Assembly (NCBI GenBank): GCA_951406725.2
Contig: OX597827.1
Span: 55,242,001 to 55,306,000 of the forward strand
Reading direction: 5' to 3'
From: Octopus vulgaris
Lineage: Eukaryota
DNA: 64,000 bases
Translations under genes and position numbers: made by a program
Shown: positions 26,362 to 42,088 of the stretch, in pieces
Layout of the letters: each line of letters starts with the position of its first letter
Numbering within the stretch: position 1 is the first letter of the stretch
Notes under the pieces: generated by a model
Told to the model about the DNA's origin: nothing
The model's input: the letters and a program-made list of their open reading frames with translations, nothing else
Database searches by the model: none

Positions 26362-27590
26362 CAGGGCTGGCCCTAGGCGAATCAAATTTTAAATGCTCCC
26401 TCCCCCCTCCACAGGGTGGGGGGATGGCAAGCGAAGCAAGCCCAACAAGAAAATTTTTAGAAATATGAATAAACAGAGGAGCAATTTGAAGTCACTTGTA
26501 AAGGAAAAATTTTTAATTTATTTCTTAAAAATTAATGAAAAAATATATAATAATTAATAAACATGAAGTATTGAAAATTTTATATTTTACAAATTGGATG
26601 TAAGCAAATATAGTAAATATGCTTGTATTCTCCCCTTTTTAATTTGATTTAACTCAAAGGTGTTTTTTTTTATTATTATTGGTTGTTGAAATATTTAAAT
26701 ACTATTGTTCTTTACTCTTAGTACTTAAAAGCTAATTTTGCAAGCTTTCTGTCTTGCAAAATCTTTTACAAGCTCTTGGAGTGGAAGTTTTCTACAAATT
26801 TCATGTTCTATGGAAATCATAGTTAGTCAGGTGAGCCTCTCTTGGGTCATTGAAGTTCTTAGATATGTCTTTATTAATTTAAGTTTTGAAAAGCTACACT
26901 CTCCACTTGCAACACTTACAGGTAGAGTTAGCAGAATTCTGAGAGCGATGTACAAATTTGAAAAGCTTTCTCTTTGTTGCTGCTTGCAAAATAGCTCAAG
27001 CACTTTTAGAGTATCACAGGATTTTTCAAGTCTTCTTGATATGACATTCAGCTCATTAGACAAATCTTTAGCATCAATATCCTTTGACTCTCCAAACTGT
27101 AGGGTAGACTCAAGTTTTATGCAAAATTCCATTACTTGATGAGAAGTTTTATATTAAAAAAGATTTATATTGTACAGAAAGCCAAAGATGGAATTTACCA
27201 GTTTCAGTTGTTCAAAGCATTCTGAAACTGAGTTAATTGATGTATCCAGTATTGCAAAATAAAAATTTATTTTGTAGCTTTGTTTACTAGACTGGATAGG
27301 TTCAATTTTTTCCTTCATATGAGAATTGTTGTTTCTTTCTTCTAATGCACACTGGCTTTGCTTCAAATTCTGCACACATACCAAACTCATCAGCTACCTC
27401 ACAAGCATCAACAAGTACTTCTTCAAATTTTTTATCACTCCTGCAATCAATAACATAGTTTCTGGTTTGTTCAAGCTCTAAGTGCAGAGTCTATGGTTAA
27501 ATCCTTTGACTGAAATTTTTTGATAGTAATGTTAATTTCAAATATACCAAAGAATTAATGAAGTTACAAAACTGAACTTGGAAATCTCGT
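26362..27590 (-). mobile_element. hAT DNA transposon 3' portion (C-terminal dimerisation domain) with one TIR
   Basis: NLYIALRILLTLPVSVASGECSFSKLKLIKTYLRTSMTQERL (ORF 26827..27132) and FYFAILDTSINS (27154..27390). Terminus cagggctggccct at 26362. Confidence 0.88.
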
Positions 27591-27614
27591 TAGATAGATA
27601 GATACATACATAGA

Positions 27615-28664
27615 TATAGCTGCATAACTACGGATGTGTACTCCCACCTGACTGTTGCCTTATAACTTCCAGAAAAATATATACTTTTTAACAAAATTTT
27701 CAACAAATACAGTATATATGCTGTGGATGCAGAGTATATAGGGATTTATGGCAAAGAATTTTTCTGAGAGAGTGGGGAGAAGAGTTTTGGAAAATTCACA
27801 CGATCCAACTTTTTTCCCTCACAACTTTCAGGAAAATGTATAGCTTTTAATGAAATTTAATACAAATCATTTTTAAACAGAATGGATTATGATTATCATT
27901 TCTTTCTCACTGTTGAATGTATTGATGACAATTGCAGCATGGAAGATATTTGTCATTGACAAAACTTGGCCAAGTTTTGTTAGTGAACAGGTTGCAGTTC
28001 CAAAGTGACAAAAATATTTTGATACAAATGAAATTTAAATGAAGTGAAACTAACAGTTTTTATGCGTTGTTAAAACATTACAAATATCTTCCACACTGCA
28101 ATTGTTTTTGTTTCAGCACACAATCTCAGATCAAGTCACTTGCCATGCAAGTACATCTCCGTAATGTATTGATGCTTTTCAATAAATAGATGCTAGTGTG
28201 AAAATGGAGAGTGGTTTGGGATGTGCAAGAAACAACAGCCAAATCTCCCTTGAATCATACTCCTTTTCCTCTGAAAATTTTTACAATTATATATTCTTTT
28301 TTTTTATCGAAAAGGCTCCTTCCAAGGTTGTTACTTCTTTCAGTAAGTTATCATAGTTGTTTGCAAATAGTGAATTAAAACTTTAAAATGAAAACATTCA
28401 AAGAGAAAGTGAGAGAATTTGCAAATGAAAACGAACAATTCTCCATTGCTACATCCATATCGGAAGTTGATATTGAAAAACCTTTTGAAAGAAGTGGATC
28501 ATATACAAAAGGCAATATTATTAATTTTTAAGAAAAAAATAAACTGAATACCCTATTATTTTTCTGGAATGAAATCATTTACACATGCCAATTATGGAGG
28601 TACATCGTGCAGCCATTTTGGCATAAAAAGCAAATTCACACACAGCTCTATTTTATTATATAGA
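27615..28664 (-). mobile_element. Possible decayed non-autonomous Helitron
   Basis: The minus-strand 5' end reads A|TCTATATAATAAAATAG at about 28664. The 3' terminus near 27615-27645 is degenerate. Confidence 0.35.
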
Positions 28665-29069
28665 TTACAAAAACAGTTTAAGTCAAGTTCAATATAATTG
28701 AGCACATTACTCAGACAAATATGACAGGTCTTACTCATAGAATTTGAATGGTTTCTTGAAGCAAAAATTATATAAGAATTTAATATAAATATTTATTAAA
28801 TAATTATCAATCATATGATTAATATTAAGTGAAAAAGGAGTTAAAAATCCCATTTGGAATATGCCCATGCAAAAAAACTTCTTTTTAAAAACCTCCCTGG
28901 CTCCTTCGTGATTTAATTCCTGAGAAAAAATTCTCCACAAAAAGCACAGTTATAGGCTGTATATATTAAATCATGGATCAGTCTGATTAGGGCCAACCAG
29001 CAGAGAAGCCAGAAAAACTATGAATTAACACTTCATTGTGCTTCAGACTTAGCTATTCATGTACACCAT

Positions 29070-29400
29070 TCATCTTTTCTACCCACTATTCCTGAGAGAG
29101 TTGTTGGGGTAGAGTCCTGAGGTACCTCCTCTGTAGGATCCTATCAAAAACAACAGTCATTACACTTTCCAGCATCATTCCCAAGTGTAAACGTGATTGT
29201 AAATATTATCCAACCATCTCTTTCTCAGTCTATTCCCTAGGTTTCCTGTCAGTTGGCTCAGCTTGAAGAATCTGTCTTACAATTCTTTCCTGCAACATTC
29301 TAATCACATGTCCATAATATTGAAGCTGTAACTTCTCAATGCAGAGAAGTAGTGACTCAACCTGGACAAACTCCCTGATCTCTGAGCTATGCACACTATC
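29070..29400 (-). mobile_element. LINE 3' fragment
   Basis: IEKLQLQYYGHVIRMLQERIVRQILQAEPTDRKPR, an RTE-like C-terminus. Confidence 0.7.
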
Positions 29401-30559
29401 AAGTAATTTTACCACAAACTTCAAATTATTGAGAAATAAATACTTCCTTTAAATATGATATGGTAAAATGATGTTGGCAGTGGTACAGCATGGAGAGGGA
29501 AGTTGCATCAGGGAGAAGGACACTGCATCATAGATAAAAGAGCTAAGGCACTTGCTTATTTTCTTTCTTGTTATTTTTCTTTCAGAGACAATAACTCTAT
29601 CATTATATAACTATATATGTCTACACCAGATTGCTAATGAAACAAATAATTACTTATCATAATTAGATTAATATAAATTAACAGAATGCCACATTAACCC
29701 AATAACTATAAGGAGTTTCTTATCAATATAACCAGCAGAATTGGTAAGCAGTAACCTACCATTTCTTTATATTCTACTGAAAAGCTGTTATGTAATTCAT
29801 ATGAAAACAATACATCATCAACAATGGTAAAAAAGAAAAAAAACAAAAAGAAAAACAACAAAAATGCACTTCAACACTTAACCGAAAGAAGAAACAATGA
29901 AGACTAAGGTCATAAAAATATATTGAATCAGAAGAATCAAGTAAATATTCTACAGAAATCTGAAGAATCTGACAGTTTAGATTTATTGCCTCATCAGAAA
30001 TAGATTGGTTTACTGTGTTAGAAACTTTGTTGCTTGCCTATAAGACAGCGACAATGAAATAGTGGATAACAGTGGCAAAGCCAGTGTGTGTATGATAAGA
30101 ATTTTGACAGAAAGCCAAGAAAATCAGTAACAAGTGAATTGGAATGTGGATTTAAGACTAAACACATCTATCAATGAAAGTTTATAAATACACAGACACA
30201 TATATTCACTTGCGGACACACACACACACACACACACATGAATACACACACACACATATGAATACACACACACACACATATATATGCATGTACACACACA
30301 TACACATATATATGCATACACACACACACATATATGCATACACACAAACACACACATATATACATACACACACACATATATACATACACACACACATATA
30401 TGCATACACACACACATATATGTATATCTAATGCAGAAATCTCTGACCAAGGTATAAACAGTAGCTGCACGACATTGTGAAGTATATTTGCCACCTAAAG
30501 GTACTTAATCCTTACGGGTTGATGCTACTGTAGCTTGTAGCCCCAGGAAGACATCTCCA

Positions 30560-31326
30560 GCTGAAGAAGAAGTTTGTCAATGTCCAGCAACATGAGGATC
30601 AAAGAACTGAAGTATTTCAGATTGCAAGACAGTGTGTGACAGAAAATTGTTATGTCACAGGAAAGAAATGTGTCCACACAGATGATGGTACACTTGCTTC
30701 TAATGATTCAGAAAACAAAGAGGTTTGGAGAAGCTATTATGAAAGACTACTGAGCGTGGAGAATGAATGGGAGGAGGAGAACCCACCAAATATTGACCCA
30801 GTAGAGGGACTGGCTATCTGAATAGACAGCACCCTGGTAGATAAAGCAATTAAGGGTATGAAGACAGGAAAAGCCCCCGGCCCATCAGGAATCATTGCTG
30901 AAATGCTTAAAATATTTGGTGGTGTGGGCTATGGCCTAGTCACCCATACTGTAAACCAGGAAGTTCATGATGGAGTCATACCCTATGACTGGCATAGCAG
31001 TACCACAGTCAACTGCTACAAGGGTAAAGGTAATGCTTTAGATAGAAACAACTACAGGGGTATCAAATTGCTGGATCAGGTGATGAAGGTCATGGAGAGG
31101 GTCATAGCCCAACTTATTAAGGAAAGAGTCTGCTTAGATGAGATGCAGTTCAGTTTTGTGCCAGGTAGAAGCACCACTGATGCTATATTCCTGATATGGC
31201 AACTGCAGGAGAAATACCTAGCCAAAGATAAACCCCTATACTTGGCTTTTGTGGACTTGGAGTAAGCCTTTCAACAGGGTCCCCTGATCCCTTATCTGGT
31301 GGGCAATGCAGAAACTGGGGATTGAC
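30560..31326 (+). mobile_element. RTE LINE fragment (same family as 4637-6692)
   Basis: MKTGKAPGPSGI...NYRGIKLLDQ...QFSFVPGRSTTDAIF...LAFVDLE*. Confidence 0.92.
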
Positions 31327-31985
31327 TATTTATGCTGAGTTTGTAAATCAAGATTCCAAAATACAGTTTCAGTTTTATATCAATTATTACTGGAGTGACA
31401 ATATATGGATCACTTCACCATCAATGGATGGTTCAACTTGGATACTTAGAGAAAGAATATAGCTCATAATTCACATACTTGTCATCGTCATATATCACAT
31501 GCCCTGTAGCACATTGATGACACTACAATGGAAGTCTTCCTGATTAAGAGCGATTTCTCCAGCTGCCTTGGCATTCTTGCCCAGCCATCTTGTGACATTG
31601 TCCATCCACTGCATTTTTTTGGTCTGCTTCTTGATCAACTACTTTATACTCTTCTTTCCATGATAATGCTTTCCAGACCTCAGCTTCTTTGAATATGGCC
31701 ATAATAGATGAGCTTTCAATTTTCACACACACACACACGCGCGCGCGCACGCGCTCACACACATACATACACACACACACACACAATCTGGTTGGCAGAC
31801 AGAGAGATAAAAAGACAGGTGTACAAACAAAAAGAAAGAGCACTCAACATGTTTCCTAGAGTTTATATTTATTTGTGTTAGCAGTTTTCGTCACTTCTGT
31901 ATAGCTTTTAAGTAATGTGATTCTGAGTCAAACAGTTAACATGAATGAATTAATGAATGTATGAATGAATGAGAGAGAGAGTGTG

Positions 31986-32040
<55 letters not shown>

Positions 32041-33172
32041 ATGCACATATATATGTATGTGTGTCTCTACATATGTATATATGCATATTTGTGTATGTGT
32101 GAGTTTGTGTGTTATATAAAACAAAAATTAGCTGAAAGAAATAACACAGTGTCCAGTGGTATGAATTTGGACAACCAAACTAAATACAAGATAAATTCTT
32201 GATTTATTGAAATTATTTTTGCTTCAAGAGAAAGTAAACAAACACCTAGTAGCAATTATCACTGACTCCGCAAGAGACAGGAGATAATCTCAAGTAATCA
32301 ACAATTTTGATTAAGCATGCATTATCTCACAAGTTTGCGGTTTCAATGATGTGACTGTTTATTTTTACACTGACATTGTAGGGTAAGTGTGAAAGGCCAG
32401 TCTTAATGTAAAACAGGAGGAATATTTTGGCCAGATATAACCAATTTAAATGCTAATGGGTTAAGGAAAAGAGTCTTTTTCCTGAAGACAAGAGAATGTT
32501 TTTGTTGTCCAAATTCATGCCATAGACCACTCTAAATTGTTTCTATTAGCTCATTCTCATTCTAATTATGCAAATTACTCTAAGCAATAAATGTTCTCAG
32601 TTCTTTGTATACGTATCCTATGTCTGGCAGGAGTCAAGACAGGACAACTGCCATGCTGATGATACCTATTGAAGTAAAAGCACATGTTCATAGTTGTCCT
32701 CTTGTCTCTAGGAAAAAACAGTCTCTTCCTTAATGGCAAGTTAATTCCAGAGACTCAATGATTACTTTATGTAGTCTCTCTTTCGTGCCTTTCCCAAACT
32801 GATTTGTTCTTGTTAACATTGGAAGACATTTTCAGTAAGTGATAAACAATAAATCACCATCATCAGCATCATATTAACGTCCACTTTTCCATGCTTGCAT
32901 GGGTCAGATAGAGTTTATTGAGGTACGTTTCCTATGGCCAGACATCATTCTTGTCGCGAACCCTCACCTGTTTCCAAGCCAGGTAATATTCCCCATGGCC
33001 AGACATGTTCTCATAGAGTATGGAAATGACTGACCCTACATGTATGATAGTGACAACCATTTTACAGCTTTACAATAACAAGACAATAAGTCAAAAATAT
33101 ACACACACTCACACAGATACTGGGTGAGCCAAAAGTTATGCATCAAAACATTTGCTGTTTTATTTATATTAC

Positions 33173-33218
<46 letters not shown>

Positions 33219-33382
33219 TATTTTGTTCATCAAGTAGAATTACGTGTGCATTCATCATTATTTTATGCAGAAAAATTGAAACATCTTTGACAATTCCAGA
33301 GTGTACTGGACTTATTTTGTGCATGACTTTTGACCCACCCTATTTATGTATACACACACACACACACACACACAACAACAAC

Positions 33383-34125
<743 letters not shown>

Positions 34126-35143
34126 CTCTCTCTCTATACAAAATTCTTTGTCTCTCTATCTGCTTGTTTCCTATACATTCTCAAATGGTTCGACCAAATC
34201 AAATCAAATTTTACAAAGTAATAGTATTAGACTCTGCTAGTGTCAACATGTAATTTTTATTTTCATTTGGATTAAAACAATATAACATTTTATCTCAAAT
34301 AATCTTTTTATAGTCAACAATAGTAAAGGACATTTTATACCACCACTACCACCATCACAACATCACATTTTGTATATGAGTGTTGGTGTGTTTGCATGTT
34401 CATTATGTACATTAGGTACATGGGTAGTCACTGTTATTTCCTATTTGCTTACTGCTAGAAAGTATGAAAAATGGCTAATATTTTCTTCAAACTTTGCTTT
34501 TGTTACATTTATTCAAACACCAAAAAAATCCCTTTCAACACATGGCTATGATGATCCCCCACTACTTACAATCAGCCACTAACAGACATGATCAAGTAGT
34601 AAAGATCAAGCAACTGGCAAGCAAATCTGTGGTATTGAGCAGAATATTTGCTATAATGATATTTCTGCTTCTGCAACTCAACATTGAATCTGTTTGAAAT
34701 GTTACAGAAAATAAGTCAGTTTCAAAACATTGATGTGCAGGTCATAAAAGTAAAGTTTGAAGGGAATAGTAGTCATTTCCTTCGATTTCTAGATAGAAGT
34801 AAATTGGAAATAACATTTACAGACCGAAGACAAAAAAAAATTAAATTAAAATTTTGTTACACAGTTTAATCAGAAGTGTTCCACCCAAGATCATTCTTCC
34901 ATTTCAGACATACCTAAATCTTTAGTATCTTGTTGTTGTTGTTGCTGCTGTTAATGGTGGTGGTAGGATCATCATCATCACCACCCTCCTAATTTTTATA
35001 TTATCATCTATAACCAGTAACAATGGTGATGGTGGTGGTGGTGATTTTTGAGATGTTTTGAAATAGTATCTAATAAAAAAAAAATGGAGTTCGATCAAGT
35101 TCTAATGACAATAAACTTAAAACCCCCTTTCTCTCTCACTCCC

Positions 35144-35175
<32 letters not shown>

Positions 35176-36250
35176 TACCATGTGTTTATGTTGTGTGTGT
35201 GTATGTGTGTAGCTATCTATCATGGCCATCACCAATAAAGTACAAAGTAGTTCACAGGACTTGAATGCTGTACACCAGCTCCTTCATGCTGGCAAGTTAC
35301 CACTCACACTACTCTAACAGTAAATCAATTATAAAAAAAGGTTGCAGGGAATTTTCAATGATGCCAGCCTATTTGAGAAGCTTTGAAGCTCTAGGTGAAA
35401 AAATACTCACATCTTTCAAGAACTAACAAGTATTAGTAGATATTTCCAGCAGTGTGTCAGAAAAATATGTGAAGCCACTAATTGAAGCAAACACATACAC
35501 ACACTTGCATATATTGCCCACCATACACACACATACAGACAGACATATAATATATTTGTACATACATGTATACACACATACATAAGCATATACACACATA
35601 CACATACGTAAACATATACATGAATCTATACCAATATATTTGTGTTTGTATGTGTGCATATTTATGTGTATATATATCGTGTATATATACATATACATTA
35701 TACATATTTATAAGGTGGTGCTTCAGCATGGCCACAGTCAAATGACTGAAACAAATAAAAGAATATGCATGCATATATATATATGCATATATAATGCACA
35801 CACACATATAAAGTTCAATGCCTTAGAGATGAGTACTTTATCTCATTGAGCATGAAACTTCTCATTGTGAGGCAATGTACTTTCCAACACCCCCAATACT
35901 AAGTGTGTGTGTGTGTGTGTGTGTAATATTTATCTATTACTATAATAAAACACTAAGTGTGTCCCTGTTGGTCACATTGTACGCTGTAGGGAAGGAAGAG
36001 TAAAACAACAGACAAAGTGGGAGTGAGTGGCAGTGAGAGATACTAAAACAAGCAGAATTTAAAGGTTTTGCTCTGAAGATGGCTAGGGAAAGTAGAGTAA
36101 GACAACAAATGGAGGGACAGTGATGGACAGTCAGAGGCGGTGAACTGTATTGAGCTCTGAATTCACCAGTATTTTAATGAAAATGAAATTAAATATGAAA
36201 TACTAAATTTCTAAATCTCTCGTAGAGACATGTACGGTGGTGGGGCGATA

Positions 36251-36502
36251 GAATGGTTGTATACTGTCAATCTAACACGAACGTGACAGTAGGGGGGTAC
36301 ACCACTGCTGTATAGCCCTAGGAAGCATCGACGCCTCCTGATGGCTTTGACATATTTTTCCCTGTGTCCTTATATACATTTAAGGACACAGGGAAAAATG
36401 TGTCAAAGCCATCAGGAGGCGTCGATGCTTCCTAGGGCTATACAGCAGTGGTGTACCCCCCTACTGTCACGTTCGTGTTAGATTGACAGTATACAACCAT
36501 TC
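36251..36502. repeat. Near-perfect palindrome, 122-bp arms
   Basis: 36251-36372 is the reverse complement of 36381-36502 with one mismatch. The spacer is 8 nt (tatacatt). Confidence 0.97.
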
Positions 36503-37149
36503 GAAATTAAATATTTATTGTAAATTATATTTATCAATTTTACACACACACACAGAAGTGTTCTCTATCTATTACTTTAACTTCATCCCACAGGGGGAGG
36601 TGGTCTCCATTTTTCAATACATGACTAGCTATACCTGATTTATCAATATTTCTTGTTTATCAAATTTCTTGATTTATCAATATTTCTTGTGTCACAGCTT
36701 TTCGTCTACCCTTATTTTGAGGGCGTGGGATATTTCGCCTTTATATAACCTACCACATCTGCATGGGATGGAGTACACGCAGTCTTTCGTCATATTCTCT
36801 TCTATTGGTGGTTTTACTCAGAGATATAATTATTGCTAATATACACTCCAGATAATATTACCATCCCGTGAAGTGAACACTGAATCATCCACTGGAGGAA
36901 TTTAGAGTGTGAGTGACAACTCTTAGTAGCCTTAACCTGGGACACAACTGAGAGGTACCCCGATATCCACCCAGATAATATATCCCTCTAAACTCACACA
37001 TTCACATCCACACATCTACCAAATCCACTCACAAGGTTTTTAGTTGGCCTGAAGCCATAGTAGAAAATATTTGCCCAAGGTGCCACATAGTGAGACTGAG
37101 TCCAGAACCATGTGGTTGGGAAGCAAGCTTCTTAACACACCTACAGCCA

Positions 37150-37430
37150 TTATTTTTACATATACCATGGTCAAGCTTGTAGTGGAGGATTTCATAGACA
37201 GAATCATGATTAATTTGTAGATTATTTGTCATTTCAGGACCATGAATCAGACTCATTCAGTGCAGTGATCAGCACAGAAAATAATCAAGCAAGTCTCCTT
37301 CTCAGTATGTGACACATATGCAACCCATTTTGAAGTTTTCAATCTAATCATAGAAATTCAATTAGCAACAAACTCTTCCCATATTGTGGTGAAAACCTTC
37401 AATGCATTTCATCTGCAGATACACTTTCAG
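37150..37430 (-). mobile_element. Mariner N-terminal remnant
   Basis: LQINHDSVYEILHYKL (ORF 37029..37256) resembles the mariner second HTH motif. Confidence 0.5.
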
Positions 37431-37756
37431 TAACACAGAAAATGGATTACTACTCTTCTTTTGAATAAACAGAAAATTAATTGATTATGGTGAGTGCAAT
37501 AATAACAACTTAAATTCAAACCTGAACTGTAGTGACTGAAAGAAAACCATGTATAATAATGCTTGCATAAATAATTTCCCCACCAACAGGAAAACAGTTA
37601 TAAGTGCATTGCGGTGTGCACTGTGGATAATTAATTACTTGCCCTCATTTATACACACATACCTGCCTGAACCAACCAACCAACCAACCCATCTGCCTGC
37701 ACATCTACCTGCCTACCTACATACATACATACAACACTTAATACATATTAGGGATA

Positions 37757-37972
37757 AAGCAGCGAGCTAGCAGAAACATTAGCACACCAGGCAAGATGCT
37801 TAGCAGTATTTTGTTTGTCTTTACATTCTGAGTTCAAATTCCGCTGAGGTCGACTTTGCCTTTCATCCTTTCGGGGTCGATAAATTAAGTACCAGTTGTG
37901 TACTGCGGTCGATCTAATCGACTGGCCCCCTCCCCCAAAACGTCAGGCCTTGTGCCTAAAGTATAAAAGAAT
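37757..37972 (+). mobile_element. tRNA-derived SINE family 2
   Basis: gcgagctagcagaa...gagttcaaattccgctgaggtcgactttgcctttcatcctttcggggtcgataaattaagtacc...ccttgtgccta. Other copies at about 14345-14770, 20680-20880(-), 21338-21760, 24020-24420, 44848-45260, 46285-46650, 50530-50958(-) and 59104-59322. Confidence 0.85.
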
Positions 37973-39152
37973 GCATATTAGGGAAATTAAATATTTGTTT
38001 TAACTTTATGATTCAGACTAGTAAATTTGAATCAAAGAGAGGGCATCCAACCATAAAATGCTACTTCAACCAAGTCCCTGTCCAATCGGTACTAGCATGG
38101 AAAATGGATGTTAAATAAATGAATGGATGAATAAATTAACTATATCATCATCATCATCATTTTGGCATCCACTTTTCCATGTTTGCATGGGTCAGACAGA
38201 AACTACTGAGGCAGATTTTCAATGGCCAGGTACCCTTCCTGTCACCAATCCTCACCTGTGTCCAAGCAAGGTAATATTTTCCCATAGTCAGACAAGTTTC
38301 TCATGGAAGACTAAAAATGAACAAGATCACTTGTAAGATGGTGATGCTTATTTACAGCCATCGTGTGATGTCGAGGCAAGAGTATACACACACGTATATC
38401 TATACTCATCACAAGGATACTCATCACAAGAACTATATGTCTCCCTTTTTAGTAATTCTAAATGTTCTTGCTTTAAGTCTTATCTCATTTTCTCCTTTTG
38501 TTTCATTTTTACATTCATTTTATTTTATTTTTACTTCCACTTTTCTTATTATTCTGACTCATTTTATTTCTTATTTTCCTCTCTCTCTCTCTAACTCTCT
38601 TTGGACATAGACAGACAGATACACAGTTGGACAGATGTTCATACAGGCAGACAGACAGACACTTCCCTCTTTTTTTTTTGTCACACTGAAAATCTGCCTT
38701 TACATCTTCCTTCCATATCCCAGCATTTTGCCTCTTCCCCATATACACACACATTATCATATTACTTCTCTAATTCCACCATTCTATTGTACAGAACTAG
38801 CTTTCTACTTTCCACAACTCTTTTCCTAAACTATATCTTCTTCTCTCAGACTTTCACTCATCTCTCTCTCTCTCTCTCTCCTTATATTTCATTATTTGCT
38901 CACATGACTACTTGTCTCATTTGCTACTGACTTTCCCCACTCACTCTGTTTATCTCTCACCTCTCTATGTATCTATCTAATCTACCTCTTATTTAAAAAC
39001 ATTCTTTTTCTATCTTCTAACTTTCTCACCAGAGCCACTGCTTCCTCTCTCTATGTTCATAAAACCTGATTGAAAGAGTGAAACTAAACAACAAAAAAAG
39101 ATGGAGATATGATTTAGTGTTATATATATATATATATATATGGAGAGAGAGA

Positions 39153-39236
<84 letters not shown>

Positions 39237-40167
39237 GTGGGAAGATAATGAGAAAGTGAAAAGCTGAAATTATAAACATGCAACTAGTGAACCATCATTA
39301 CTTCAATGGGAGCCAGGGTGGAACTGACAGCCAAAGAGAATGAGAATGGTTGCTGTCAGGTGTAATGTAATTTCTCCTCCAGTTTTCATTCATTTCTGCA
39401 TGGTTGCCATCGACTCATGTATAAGAGGTCTAAGATGCCGCACTGTTATTTACAATGGTAATAATATAACAATTAATTCTTGGATCGGTTTTCAAGAAAA
39501 TATGCTATTCTCTAATTGTAAAGTTTCCTTTGGTGTCTTTTCTAAGTATAAGTAGGCCACAGAAATCTGATTGCATCATCAGGAGATAATAGTAGAGTTT
39601 TAATGACTGGCTGGTGTGAGGGGGGGGAGTGGTCATTGTCAGGGTTGTAAAATGTGTGGAAGGATGGTGTCACATTCGCAGCTATTGAATTCTGGGTTTA
39701 TATGTTCTTTCCCTGAAAGACACCTTTTTTCACAGAGCATAGTTATTTGACTCAGTTTGCCATTATAAAACCCTGACAGACATACATACAGATAGACAAA
39801 CAGAAAAAGGCAACATAAAAAAAAAGCAAGAGGAAAAAAAAAGAAAGATTGTGAGTGTGTAGGTGTGTGATGCATGAGTGAATGTGCATTTGTATGTGGA
39901 TGAGTGCATGTATATCTTTGTGTCTTCACAGAAGTAGGTGTTTGTGTTTGTATGGATGTGCTGTTAGGGTAGTCCCAGTTAGAATGTTTTTGAGTTTGGA
40001 TTCGGACATTAAGAGTTGTCTACTATTTGTGTATGTTCATATATGCGACAAAGTCATGAAGGCGATCTCAAAACACAGTCATACAAAGGAGATGACAAAA
40101 GACCAATATATCTGGCACTTTGCTGTACTCAAGAAGACCCATCTGTCACAGTAGAATTGATACTAGT

Positions 40168-40255
40168 GCTGGTGCCACATAAAAAGCACTGGTGCTACAT
40201 AAAAAGCACTGGTACTACATAGAAAGCACTGGTGCTACATAGAAAGCACTGGTTC
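40168..40255. repeat. 20-bp tandem repeat (ctggtgctacatanaaagca), about 4 copies
   Basis: Direct inspection. It lies inside an RTE-tail-type repeat. Confidence 0.85.
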
Positions 40256-41102
40256 TGGAGCTACATTAAAAGTACAGGTGTTGGTGTCACATAAAAAGCA
40301 CCAAGTACACTTTATGCAGTGGTTGGTCTTAGGAAAAGCATCCAACCATAGAAACCATTCCAGAACAGACAATGGACCCTGGTGTGGCCGCTGGCCTTGC
40401 TATAGTCAAACCATCCAATATAGTCAAACCATCCAATCCATACCAGCATAGAAAACGGACATTAAATGATAGTTATGATGTGCGTGTATGTGCTTGTGTG
40501 TGTGCATGTGCACACATGTAACATCATCATCATTGTTTAACATCCATCTTCCATGCATGCATGAGTAGGATGGTATATAGGAGCCAGCCAGGTAGAAGAC
40601 TACCCAAGGCTATTGTGTCTGTTTTGGCAGGGTTTTTACAGCTGGATACTCTTCCAAATGCCAACCACTTTACAGTGTGGACTGGATGCTTTTTACATGG
40701 AACTAGTACCAACAGGGTCACCAAGTAACTTGCAAGACAAGGTATTTTGAGAGGGGTGGGAGAATTGGAGGAGGACATCTTGTGTCAGATGATGAAACGT
40801 TAGAATGTGACAGAAAAATAGAGAGGCATAAATAGGTATCTTGCTATAGAAGAGGTACATGGTTACCCAGAGAGAGAGGAGGGAGAGAGAAAGATAGGGA
40901 AAGAGAGTGAAAAGAAGAGAGAGGGGAGAGGTACAAGAAAGAGGACAGAAACAGGTGTGCTGATGTAAAGAAGATACTTGGTTACCTAGCCAGAGGGGGA
41001 AAACAAAAGAAGGAGAGGGTGAGAGATCAAGAATGAGTGTAAAAACAGGTGTACTACTGCAGAGGAGATACATGGCTACCCAGCCAGAAGGAAGAGTAAG
41101 AG

Positions 41103-41133
<31 letters not shown>

Positions 41134-41589
41134 ATGGGAAACAACAGAGAGGGATGATGATGAAGTGCCAGAGTATACACACAAGTAACAAGGATCAGAG
41201 CACAGATGTGATGGTAAAGTAAGGAAGAGAGGGATAAATGGTGGCAATTGCCAGGGTATGCCCTCAAGGTACGGAGGTCATAATATATGCAGCCAAGCAT
41301 TACCAAGAAGGCACGAGTAGGGAATGGGGATTGCAGTGACTGGCGAAACCTGCGTATAAAGATGGAGTAAGGGAAAGGAGTGATACAGTGAGAAGGGCAA
41401 TGAGAGCAAGGAAGGAAAGTGGTTGACACTCATAGTGTATGAAGAGAAAATGTGAGGAAGAGAAAATTGCAGTTTAGAAGAGGAGATGTAGTTCAGTTTT
41501 TGGGGGTAGGGTGTGAGGAAAGTTTGTTACTTGTGAGTGGGACACAACACTTCTAGCACTCAGTTTGACACTGACGTGGGTGGGTCTTC

Positions 41590-42088
41590 TCTAAAACCTT
41601 ATATTGCCAAACATCTTAGTCCATTGTTATTTCCTCTGTGAACCCTAACATCCTGAGATCAGTCCTTACCACTTCATCCCATGTCTTCCAAGGTCTCCCT
41701 TTTCCACAGGTACCATCCACTTTCAATGATAGACACTTCTGTATACAGCTGTCTTCATTCATACGCATCACATGTCCAAACCAATGCATTCTCCTCTCCT
41801 GCATGCCACATTTAATTCCTCTTATATCTAACTTTTCGCCCAAACCAGTTACACTTTGTCGGTCATGCACACTGATGTTGCAAATCCAATGGAGCATACT
41901 ACCTTCATTCCTCTCCAGTCTACACATGCCCTCCACATTCAGAGCCCACATCTCACTACCATGGAATTTAGCCATTTGTACACAAGCATCATACAATCAA
42001 CCATTCACTCTGAGAGAGAGCTCTTTTGTTGCCAACAGAGGTAATAGCACTCTGAACTTCAACCATCATATTCTTATTCTTATTCTAG
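41590..42088 (-). mobile_element. RTE LINE 3' fragment
   Basis: ORF 41616..41996 has GSEMW...RMHWFGHVMRM...GKGRPWKTW. Confidence 0.88.

Noticed and set aside
40168-40300. Short regularly spaced repeats resembling a CRISPR array
   Set aside because: They are head-to-tail 20-bp units with no unique spacers and no cas genes, in a eukaryotic context.
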